Source: Phoronis australis
Taxonomy: Eukaryota; Animalia; Phoronida
Assembly (NCBI GenBank): GCA_002633005.1
Contig: NMRA01000050.1
Location: 278,207 to 342,206 of the forward strand
Length of the DNA stretch: 64,000 nucleotides
Direction: 5' to 3'
Shown: in pieces, positions 50,101 to 62,100 of the stretch
Position numbering within the stretch: position 1 is the stretch's first letter
Layout of the letters: the number at the start of each line of letters is the position of its first letter
Notes under the pieces: model-generated
Seen by the model: the letters and a program-made list of their open reading frames with translations, nothing else
Told to the model about the DNA's origin: nothing
Database searches by the model: none
Made by a program: the position numbers and the translations under genes

Positions 50101-53100
50101 AACATCAGTGACTCATGGAAGGGGCAGGTGTTCTTGTGTATTAGAATGAACTACATTTGCCTCCAGTGTTTCTATTGATTGTTTTGTTTGACACATCATT
50201 GCTTATTGTTAGTATGTGTGGCAAAACATAAAATCAAAAGATTGTCTTTGCCCACTTTCCTGTTCAAAGGACTGTTTCTGTATTTCTTAGAAGATGGGTT
50301 ACATTTTTAAAATAAGAGGGTCTAAATAACATATGAAATAAGACCACGGACATTTAAATATCATGTAGTGAGTAGTCTGATTTTGTAGTCAGCCAGTTGG
50401 GAGATAACTCCTAATATGTCTCGAGCATGAGGTCCAATTGAATTATTATTTCCTTGCCTATAAAAAAGATTTATACTAGTCACTTGGACCTGGAGTTAAA
50501 TCTCAGCAGTCAAAAACTTGTCACAGGAATTGTGTGGCATGCTTCAAGTAAACTTGCAAATTATTCATACTCTAATAATGTTGCACGGTTGCTTAAAGAA
50601 TGAGTCTAAGTGCAAGACAGTTTAGAGATTATACCCAGACCCCTGCGCCTGCTTGTATAAAAGTTGCACACTAGATTACAATAGTAAGAGCTACTTAGAT
50701 CGCGCTGAAATTTGTATTTTACGTTATGCGAATATTAAACTTATATCCAGTTGTCTTTGCAAACCTCGAAATCACTTCATCTGAACAAGGAATGAGTTAA
50801 GACAAATTGATAACGGCAGCAGGTGTAAATCAAAAATTTGATTCTTTGGTGGAACACGAGCTTATAATCACTATATCATGGCGTGATCATTGCGCTCGGT
50901 CTACTTGTGCAGTTAGAGTGGCAAAATGTGAAGTAGACTTTACGTTTCTCTGGTGTCCCCTGACTAATGGGTGAGTTTGGTGATCATCTTTGCTTGAAGG
51001 TGCTCTGAACACTGTGTTATAAATACATTGATCGTATATGTTCAGGGGAGGTCCTTTTTAACCAGTGGGCATCAAATAACATTTCAGTTGTATATGGAAT
51101 ACAAAATTCTATGGTTGCTAAATAATCTTTTATATCTTGTTTTCCAGTCCTCGCAGCCAAAGACTGAACTGTCTGGTGATATACATCTACAAAGGGACAA
51201 GTCTATGTACCCACCATCCAAGCCACAGGCAGAAGTGCTGCCCCAGCCTCATGTTGAACCCGTAGTGCCGCATCCAAATCCAATCGCATTAAAGAAATCA
51301 GTAATTAAATCCACGAAAAAGAGGCATGCTCCGCCACCTCCTTCCCATCCACCTGTTAGAACTCTTTCAGAAACGTCAGAAAGAGCAGTAACAACTTCAC
51401 TAGAAGTGGTGACAACACCACTTCCTACTACACAAGATGTGGTGACATCTACTCCGGAAAATGCTGGTGAGACGGACTTTGTTCGAACGGGTTCTAATCA
51501 CTCGCGACACAGTTCAGACTCAAGTGGTTACCACGAGCCCTCTGTGATGGAATCGCCATCTCCAGATAGTTCAAAAACTCCATCGTCTTTGTTCAAGACA
51601 TCACTAGATAACTCATCTCTAGAGAGTTCTGAGTTGAATAATTCTGATATTGTGTCACCACAGACATTCAGTCCTCGCTTATCCATGCAGTACGTCATTG
51701 CGAGGCGTGCCCGCTCTGAAGAGAACTTACTCGAACTCAAAGACAACCGATCGCAATATGTTTCTATGGATAACTTGCATCACTCTTCCAGTTTGAAGTC
51801 TGGAGAAAAAGTTCCTCGGAAGAAGAGGCGGGCACCCCCACCCCCTGGTGAGTTGATGAACACCATTGCTTGGCCAATGTTTTCACTTCATGTGTGTTTC
51901 ACTTAATTTTCACTCAGTGCTCTTTATTGTGATGCAATTGTCCTACATTGTGTGGTGTTCTCATGTGTGAACGTGGTCCCGAGCACATTGGGTGTTTGGT
52001 GTTATCAAGCAGTTCTCTGCGAGATGTATACATGTATCAAGTGGTCTGTACCAGCTTGAGTGACTAACATGATTGAATGTACCACTTTATTACTTGTCGA
52101 ATGTAATCACATAACTTTTTGTATTTTTACGTGTCTGTAGTTTGCTATTGGCTTTTGGATTTATTTATTGAAACCCTGTTTTTGTGCTCCTGCAGTGCTA
52201 GTATCTTATTTTGATCATAGTTTTTGTAATTTGTATTGTGTCCTGACTGTGTTTGTTTGAACTCTAGGACAGTCAGCCTCTGTCGCTACTGATCAACTAA
52301 GCTTACTCGCTGCTGTTACTAACTCTGAGACAACTACTTCCATTCCGGAGGAATCAGAACTTGACCTCTCAGCTGTCGTGACTGCCGACAGTTGTGAACA
52401 TTCAGCCATACAGGCTGATACAACTGACAAACTTTCGGAGCTTTCTGACCATCATGAACCTGGTGCAATGAGTGATGTAGTGGATACTGAATCGGACAAC
52501 GGTAATTGTATCCCGTGGCAATGTACCCGCAATACTCCTATCCTCTCTGTTGGTTGTGGTTCGGTTAATGTACATGGTAACACCTCGCATGATCTCTCTT
52601 ACAAACCTGTTCCTGCTCGTCGCACACCTGTCCCTGTACCACGCACACCTGTCCCTGTACCACGCACACCTGTCCCTGTACCACGCACCTTCAAGAAAGT
52701 AGCAGTGCTTCAGTCTGGTCGAGTCAAAATACTCCGGAGCCGTTCTTTTGCTAAGACTTCTCTCTTTGCTGTGGGAAAGGCTTGTAAACAGTCTGAGTCT
52801 GCTGTTGTTGGGTCTTCTGAATACCGTAAGTCTCGTGAATCTGGTGATCACCACAGCTTCCCGTGCGTCTCTCTTGATTCCTGGCTACATGACATCAACA
52901 AAGAATTGACAACTGACATCCACTTTTCATTTGGTAGCGAATGCTTTTCTGGATCACTAACTGCAGAGCAGACGCTTTTGAGAAATATTGTGGCTTCACC
53001 AGCTAACCTGTCTCAAATGCATTGTCATTATTCTGCAGCAGAGCCATTACTTGTACTTATGGACAGAAAATTGGACAATGGTGTTGCCAGTACATCACAA

Positions 53101-56100
53101 CAGGGAAGTGTCCAACTTCCAAACAAAGTGTACAACAATCCAGAGATAATTGAAGGTGACACTGGTGAAATTGTTTCGCCATCTGAAGTTTCATCGGAAA
53201 GAATGGAGCCCCCGCTGATTGACACAAAACTTCAAATGTCTGCCATGACTAAGGCATCAACACTTCCTCCCAGACCTCCTGTGCTACCTCGACACGTAGC
53301 CCGTCACAGATTTTTGAAGCACCCCACTTTCCTTCCTCCATGCGCGGAAGAGAGCAGCAATGACACATCTGCCTCTCATCCACCCCCAATACCTCTCCAG
53401 CGTGTGAAAAGGTTGCGCAAGAAAGGTATTGTTATTGGATAGGTTGAGGTACGCTAATGGCTTAATATGTGGTGGATTATGTGTTATTCCAGTGTTTAGG
53501 ACTGACAGCGACATGTCATTTTTGTTTGTAGCTGTTATTAGTATCCAAATGCAGTTTCTTCAACAACGTGTGAAGGTTCATTGGAGAAGAAGAGCGTGCT
53601 TTATCTTGTTCCTTTCCATTTTTATTTGTTGGTCATTATCATTAACAACCATACTAGCTGTCTGTAGACATGCTTGGTTGGGAGTTTTTCTGCTGATTAT
53701 ACAGAAGTTGGTACTGGTTAATGAAGGTTGTTACGCTATTGGTGATGGATTAGCTGAGCCTCCACCATGGTGGATTTTGCTGTTGGTTAAAAAACTGAAA
53801 TTATCTTTTGGTGCATGCTGGAGTGATGAACACATTGTTCTGTGTTACTGAGTAGACCTATTGACTCTTAGTCTTTGCAAAATACTGATGCATGGCCTTC
53901 TATCATGTCTGTCTGTCTCTTACACCTAAAAGCAGAGTTAGGTTTTGGTCTGAACCTTGAAAGAAAAAATTGCCCACCCACATCAGTTTCAGCCGTGGTA
54001 CGTGAGCAAGGGCAAGCAAGGTTTGAAATACCGTGATTTACCAAGTGATACCTAATTACCAGTAAATAGTGGACTCTGCACTGCTCAAGGTCCACAGAGC
54101 TTTATTTAATTTAAATGGTGATGGACCATTTAAAAGTCATGGCTATAATTGCTGTGCAAAATACTGTTATAGTACTTGACACGTCTTTTAGGACTTGCAG
54201 GTTGCAACTATTTTTCTGTTCTTTGTGTGCAATAAATTACCTGATCTTTCTTAACTCCAGTTGTCCCCTTTGTGCAAATCACCGGTTCGTTTTGCCACCA
54301 TATGCCCATCAGTACTGCAAGCCTGTCATTATGCTGCCTCAGGAGTCTTGAAAAGTGAGCAGCAAAAAATAATACTGCACCAGACCACAATGAACTGTGC
54401 TTTTTGGCCTGATGTTTTGGTTTAGTTCAAGCTGAGTGGCTCGCCACGACAACGATTGTTTATCTGACCAATTAGGATGCATGAACTGAACTGAAGGCAG
54501 GGTTTGCTATCTCCTGCTATCCAATTCCTCTTGTTGGCTTTTAAAGATGGGTAATTATAGGAAAATGCTAGAGATCCTTGCGCAAATAGAAATCATGAAC
54601 TATTGATGAAGGCACACGGACGGAATATTTGGTTTTAATGCAATGAGTGTTGTTTGAATTCAGATTTGCTGCGTGTTAATTTGCTGGGGCTGGCTTGTTT
54701 TGTATTCGTTTATCAGCCTTGTTAATGTCCAGCTGTAATGCGATATTGCTTCGAGAGCTGTTGATATAAACTGATGTTTAACAAAGTGATACTCACCAGC
54801 ACAACCACCAGGAAGATTCCAACAAACTCGGGCAGCTGCTGCGGGGTCTAAAAAGTTTGAGTTTTTAAAAGGGAAGTGACCTTACGTACAACTAACTACT
54901 CTGCCGTTTCCAAAAGTTCTTCTGCACAAACATTAGTTGTGTGACATAGCATGTGAATCCTGTTCTTAAACTGCATAATTTATACCAACAGTCCCCAAAT
55001 ATTAAGACATACGTTCCTGCATTTGTTTCATTTCCAAACACAAAGTTATGGGCTGGCTTTCGGAGCCACAATTTATATTTCTACAATTTGTAGGGTTTCC
55101 AAAAATTTTGTCTGTGAGGATAAGGACATAGATCATTTCGATACTTCCTTAGCTGTATCTGCAAAGTCCACTTAAGTAACAGTACGAGGTACCATTGCTA
55201 TAAACTCTGAACTTCCTCTGTTATTTCAAATTCCATATCAGTGTTTCTGGCACCTTTTATGCATAGCAACCTTCTGTTCCCGTCATTTTGCTTGCATGAA
55301 TTTTACAAAAAGTACAGGTTTGATGCCACTTTGCAATATGTCATTTTCCAAAAGCAAGTGCTCTTGGGCTTGATGTAAAATAATTATTAATCATAACTTC
55401 TGGAAATAGGGCTTACTACCAGAAATTCTTGTGTTTGATTAAGTTCATCTAGAGAGTTTGAATGCATACATAGAATTTGCTGTTGTGGTTAGAGCAATTT
55501 ACCCAATACCATTTGTTGCAATTTGTCTTATGTTTTTGTTTATATCTGTGTTAAGTTGCTTCCACTTTAGTAAAAATGTTTTTCACTCTGTAACCTCAAA
55601 TTATGCACAGACCAGTTATTTGTTGTTTTTATCAAATACAGGTACACCTGAGCCTAACCTAGACAGACGCCATACCATGGCAACAGTAACAGATGTCAAA
55701 CAGCTTACTCCATTCAAGTTTCGGCCTTGTGCGTTTGTAGCTCCACCCCCTCCTTCAGACCCCCCTCCCCCTCTAGATGAAGACGAGTTACGCTCACAAG
55801 TGGAGTCAGCTCGCGGTCAGAGTGCAGACATGGAGGTTGCCATGGCTACCAGTAATGCAGTGTTCAAAAATCCAGGTAAGTCACACACTGGTTTTGTTGA
55901 TTCAGCAAGGTAGGCAGCCTTTAAATGGTGGAATTTGGCCATCGTCCAAATTGACCTAAGAATTACCATTCATATCTATGGGCATCATTCAGTGTAATGT
56001 TCTCAGTAAAGTTGTATTTTGTAAATCGGCTCTGAAAGTTCCCTTTGGCTTCATCTTTTCCATTGTTATAATAGGCAGCACCAGAATAAGACCATGACTG

Positions 56101-59100
56101 CCTGCCCAAACTGTTGTGACTATAGACAGCACCAGTATAATACAATGACTGCCTGCTGGGACTATAGACGGCATCAGTATAAGACAATAACTGCCTGCCC
56201 AGTCTATTCTGACTATAGACAGCATCAGTATAAGACAATGACTGCCTGCCCAGTCTATTGTGACTATAGACAGCACCAGTATAAGACAATGACTGCCTGC
56301 CCAGTCTGCTCTGACTACAGAGGGCACCAGTATAAGACCATGACTGCCTGCCCAGTCTGTTGTGACTATAGACAGCACCAGTATAATACAATGACTGTCT
56401 GCCTGCTGTGACTATAAACAGCACCAGTATAAGACCATGACTGCCTGCCAGTCTGCTATGACTATAGATACCACCAGAGTATAGACCATGACTGCCTGCC
56501 CAGTCTGCTGTGACTATAGACAGATACATAATATTTAGACTGAAAAAACCTGCCGTAAAAACAATGAAGACGAGTCTTGACATAGTGATCTTACTTAAAT
56601 AAATGTTTAGGTGACTTACTTTATAAGTGCTATGCAGCTGGTAATGTGTGTGCTGTTAAGTTTTGTTCATCTTGTTCACAAGAGGCTGAAACATTTCTGT
56701 TTCCTCGTCCATTTTGTTTTATCCACGTTACACTCATGTGGTTGGTCGTTCTAGCCAACAGTAGAAGTGACAGTCGCTGTAGTGAGAACTCGGTCAACAC
56801 CATTGAAGACATTTCTTTGCATTTCAATGATGCCATTGCAGCTGGAGAGAAAACATTGGGTGAGTTTCTAACTTAATACCCCCCCTCACATACTTCTTGA
56901 AAATGCTTTGTTCTCTTTCGTGCTGTAACACAATTATTTCCGTTAAGAAAAGAATAGTTTTTGCTATCAAGTTGATGGAATTTACTGATTGAATTTGGTT
57001 CAGAAAATCGCCTGCACCTGTGTTTCACTAAAAACTGTGAACTGAGAAAAATCTGTGCCTGCAAAGAAAATATGGAGACCAGCTTCATTGAAAAAAAGAA
57101 ATTAAGTCGTGGTATAAGAGTTGTTTATAAGAGAATATTGGAAAGAGCTTCAGCCATTTTGTTTTATTTTTTTCTCTTCTCTATTCTCTTCTCTTCTAGG
57201 CGTTGTCCATCCACTGCAGGATGTAGCCCTCCGACAATGCCTTCCAACTTGTTCTGTCTCTTGCTGCTCTCATCCATGTTGTGCCTATCGTCTTCACGAT
57301 GTCATCTCTCCATCTGGCTTGGGGCCGTCCTCTTGATCTCTTTCCATATCTGGGTTGCCACTTTGTGCATCTTTTTGTCCATCGGTTTGTCCTGTGCTCT
57401 GGCCACGTGTCCGCCCCACCTCCATTTCAATTTCAGAATTGTCTTGATTACGTCCATGACTCTTGTTTGTTCTCTTATCTCTGTGTGCAATCCTGTCTAG
57501 TAATTTTATTCCAAGCATTTTTCTCTCCATTGCTCTCTGTGTTGTTCTTAGCTTGGCACTTGTCTGTTTTGTTAAGGTCCATGTTTGGCATCCATAGGTG
57601 ATTGCGGGGATGATGCACGGGTCAAATACTTTTCTTTTCAGGGATATGGGTATGTTCTTATCTTGGAATATTATTTTTTTTATTAATGTAATATTTACAA
57701 TGAGGGTAGCCCCATCAGTTCACACTGCTTTCCATGGGGGCCCTCAGTAAAAACAAACATATAGTAAGACAAAAACAGAATTATAAAATGAAAGACAAAT
57801 TTAAGTAATAAGCAAAGAATAAGAAATTAACACGGAAAGACTGATGAAGCAAAATAAAAAATAAAATATGATAAATAGAAGATAAAGAAATTAAGACAAG
57901 ATAATTAACTAAAAAATAAATATAAATATATATATAAAAAATAAAACAGACTATAAATAATTAATTAAAGTAAGACATTATATAAATAACAAATGAATAA
58001 ACTTGCAATTCTTAGACACTACATGAAGTTAAATCTATTTCTTATGATTCTTTTAAAGGTTAGAAGGGATGATGTAGATTTGGCATCTGTAAGGAGAGAG
58101 TTTCATAAAAAGGGCCCGCTGGAGGAAAATGATTTTTTCCCAGTTTCGCTTCTGCGTTTAGGAAGATTGAAATCAGATGATGATGAGGACCTAGTATTGT
58201 AGCGATTAGTAGTCATCTTAAACTTAGCACATAAGTAAGATGGGACAACACCCTTAAAACATTTGTACATACAACAAGCAGATAGGAATTGATATCTTGT
58301 GTGAATTTTCATTATACCAGTCTCTTTATGAAGGTTTTCGATGTTAATATCTCACACCAGCTCCCAGAATAATCCGGACAGCCCTATTTGTGCATCACTT
58401 TGGCAACATTGTGTTTAGATTTGAACTCTAGAAATATTTCATTAGTGATTATTTGAAGGTGTCTTGGATCGCATTTTGAGATGCTTTAGTGTATGTCCCT
58501 ATTGGGATGACGTATTCCGTCCACAGATGCTGAGCACCGGGCCGAAGAGATGTCCAGCTATGTCCAGCAGATCCAGGACATGACCAAGAGTCTGTCCACT
58601 CTTCAGCCACTGAATGTTGACGTAGGTGACGTACATGACTCAGATACAGACAGCGAGGCCGCCACTCACGTCACTGACAGGTCAAGGTGAGAAGGGGTGC
58701 AGTCTTGTTCCTTGCCTCATTGCTCATGAAATTTAAAAACAGGCAACAAATAACTTCCTGTAAATCATTTTACAGAAACAGATGTCACTATTTTTGTGGA
58801 GTGGAGCAACAGAAAGTTTTAAAATTTTCATTAGTAGCATCACCTAAAGTCATGTATCTTCAATGAAGCTAAAGTTCTTGAAAATTTCAATTATGCCTGG
58901 TTGTGTGATTGAACATGAATGTTCAAAATAAATTTTAAAGTAGCCAAATGTCCATTTACTGTATTTCCGACCATATGTTCGTAGGAACTTATTCAGAAAT
59001 ATTGATTACCAATTTCTGGGCTTGTGTGTAAACATTCAATAATAATACTCTTCATTCCACGTTGATAGTCAGCTTTTATTGACAGACAGTACTTATTGGC

Positions 59101-62100
59101 TGTAGTTGCAAGGTAACTTTGGTTCATTAAGCCTTGTTCTGAAATTGGACTTGTTTGTAAATGTTCTGAATAACACCTGTTGACATCTGTGCAGCCCTGC
59201 CTCGGTCACAATTTACCACATTCAAGATGGATCAGACCCGTCTGACTTGGTGGATGGCATTGCACGAGTTCAGTTGGAGGGACATGCGCTTACAAGGGAC
59301 GAAGTTGTGATCGAGCGACGAGATTCAATGACATCACAAGACTCGGTCACTGTCTACTATGAGGAAGAGTGGGATGAAGCCACAAAATCCTGGAAACGTG
59401 TCAAGAATGAGCAGCAAACAAAACTGAAGATTGATGTGAATGGTGCAGCAGAAACATCAGAGATTACTTACGACTTTCAGGTAGGTACACGGCTCAATGT
59501 TTTAGCAGTAACTGAATGAAGTCAGTCTCATCCATTTGTACTCTGTAAGTTGGTTGGCATCCTCTTACCATCTGTCCATGTTTTTGTTTGTCGGCTGATG
59601 ATTTTTTAATTGACGTTTCACGGGGTTGATTAAATTTGACGTTTATATCGCAATAAGTATTGAGTCAGTTACATCATGTGCATCATGACACCAATGATGC
59701 ATGGGGTAAGGGGGACACTGAAAGGTTAACATTGACTTGACAGTCATAAAAATAAATTAAATTTGTAATACCAGGGCTTGATTTGGCAGTCGCATAGTCA
59801 ATGAGACCTCAGATTTTGTTTGGTGACCTAATAAAAATCCTAGTTCGCCACACAGTTTTCATACACACAGCCCAGTAGGCTGTAAAAGAATTACAGATGG
59901 ATGTCAAAATGGTTCAACAAAAATGTGAAGGGTCCATTTGTGAGTCATGCACAGGTAACATGTGGCAACCATCTGCTTCTGCCTTAGAAAGGAGACTGTG
60001 CAGGATATTGAGTCTGAGGGGTGGAGATGGGGGATTTGATCATTACCAAGCACACGAGACACCCCTAATTTGTGGTTCAACTGCCAAAAACACCACCTGG
60101 ATGATCTTGGGTACAGAGGCACTTTATTTGCCAAGTTCACAGTTTTCTCTCTTCAGGTATCTTAATTATTTATTTCGTTTTCGGCTTTTTCAGATTATGT
60201 GTCATTTGCAGGGACGAGGACTTACGCAATCCCCTGTACAAGGTCCTTATTTGGCGACCTGGAAATTTTGTCGGGTCGCATTTTATGAGTTGACTTCATG
60301 CTAAGCCTTGAGCCCTGGCTATAATTTCACCACCAACCTTGGCTTTTTTAAAGTGGTTAAGTTGAACTGTTTATTTATTGCCAGGTTGACCATGTACCAA
60401 CACCATTCCAGTCGGATGATGAGTTTACATTTGGCCAACTCAAGAAAACAGATAGTGAAGAGACTTTGACTGGAGACACTGAAGAGACCCTTGACTCAGT
60501 AAGGGATGAACAGACACCAGTGCCACCTATTGTCGCTGATGCCTTGAGTGAGGAGAAGACACAAGTGCAACCTACAGTTCTTAAAGAAAACTTTGTGGAA
60601 GACAGTGGGACGTTGAAAACTGGAGTAGACGCTGTTAAAGCAAAGCCTAATGCTAGTGTTGCAGCATTAGAGAGCAAAACTGTAGAGACAAAACCTGTGG
60701 AAGAAGTGAAAATGGAACCTGAGGAGTTTATCATTACTTCAGAAGATAAGATCTTTATGGGTAGGTCATGATTGATTAATAGTAATTTAACTCAGCCTGC
60801 AGTAATTTGCATAGGGCTTTTTATAATAATCTGTTGGTCTTGTATCGATTTAGGCTCATCTCAACTCAACAAAATACAAAGGTGCCTCTGGTCTACTGAC
60901 GTCNAGATGAGACTACTGTATTGCTTCTTGTGGCAATTTCGCCTTTTCTATATGCCCCTTTAACTACCAAGTCGCTTGGTAGACCTTCATAAAAATTGAC
61001 AGTTATATTTCTAATATGTAGCAAAAGACCTGTCCATTTTCACTTGGTTCTATCATTTCCTGTGCTCCTTTGTTGCAATTAAGTTTTTTTGGTTTTGTTA
61101 TCCACCTTTCTATCTTGCAAATGGTTTGAAGAATCATTGCTAAATTTGCCGAACATGTTTCTGTTCACTGAAAACTGATTGATGTTTTTGAATTTTTTCG
61201 GCTACAGTTTTACCGCTTAATGGCAGTTTCTTGGTTTATTTCAATATCTACTTGGTTCTCCATAACATTTGGCAGATAAGATCTAATCCAGTAGAGAACA
61301 ACACTTGCTCATTGTTAAAAGACCTATAAAGTGCCACTTGTGGTAGTTTTATTGGTTTAGTATTCACTTTCACTTGTGGTACCCACCTCAGTGTCTCTAT
61401 TGGCCAAGCCCTAAAAGAATCACCGTGGTTAATGGGCTTATGTTAAGGTCAGCATGGCTGACATGGCATTTTGGACGGTTTGGACTGCCACAGTGCCCAC
61501 TAGTTGCAAATTTAGTTTCCTTGTAGTAATCACAAAACCTTCTAGTATTGTATTTGCCTACTTTTGGATGACAAACATTGCACCTCGTAAATTTAGTTCC
61601 GTTGCAAGTCCATTCACAAATAATCATTTGATGACTAGGCACAATAGCATCATTATAAATTCTTTCAAGTTTAACAAAAACGCTATTTTATTATGACAAA
61701 AGTTTGATTAAAGTGCCAAATAATTATGTCCGAGTTTGCTGTGTCTCACTAGAGTTCTATCAAAGTCTTTCGAGTTTATTTTGAAAACTGCTTTTCCAAG
61801 CATTGCTGTTAAATATTTGTAGTTTTTTTAGTTTGAGCAATACAGTTGTTCCTGAAATTTCTTACATGCTTAATTTACAGTTCCTTCTTTGAACCGCACC
61901 AGTACCAAAGCCAAAGCACAGAGTCCATCTACGGGTAAAATGGTGGAAATAACGGCAGCGCGGCGAGGCCATGAAGATGAAGAAGCCTTTTATGGCCAAG
62001 ATGGGTCAGTGCGCGGAGTCAAGGGTCAAGTGAGGTCGCGAATGGCAGAACTGAGTTTCACTCAATTGGATGATGCAGACACATCTATAACTGAAAAAAC

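Noticed and set aside
53429-53851. 140-aa hydrophobic ORF resembling a membrane protein
   Set aside because: T-rich intronic or UTR sequence with a non-ATG start and no splice or homology support.
55963-56583. 206-aa repetitive ORF and a Cys-rich 17-aa repeat ORF
   Set aside because: A 51-bp unit is divisible by 3 and keeps frames open by chance; the region lies inside a COBL intron.
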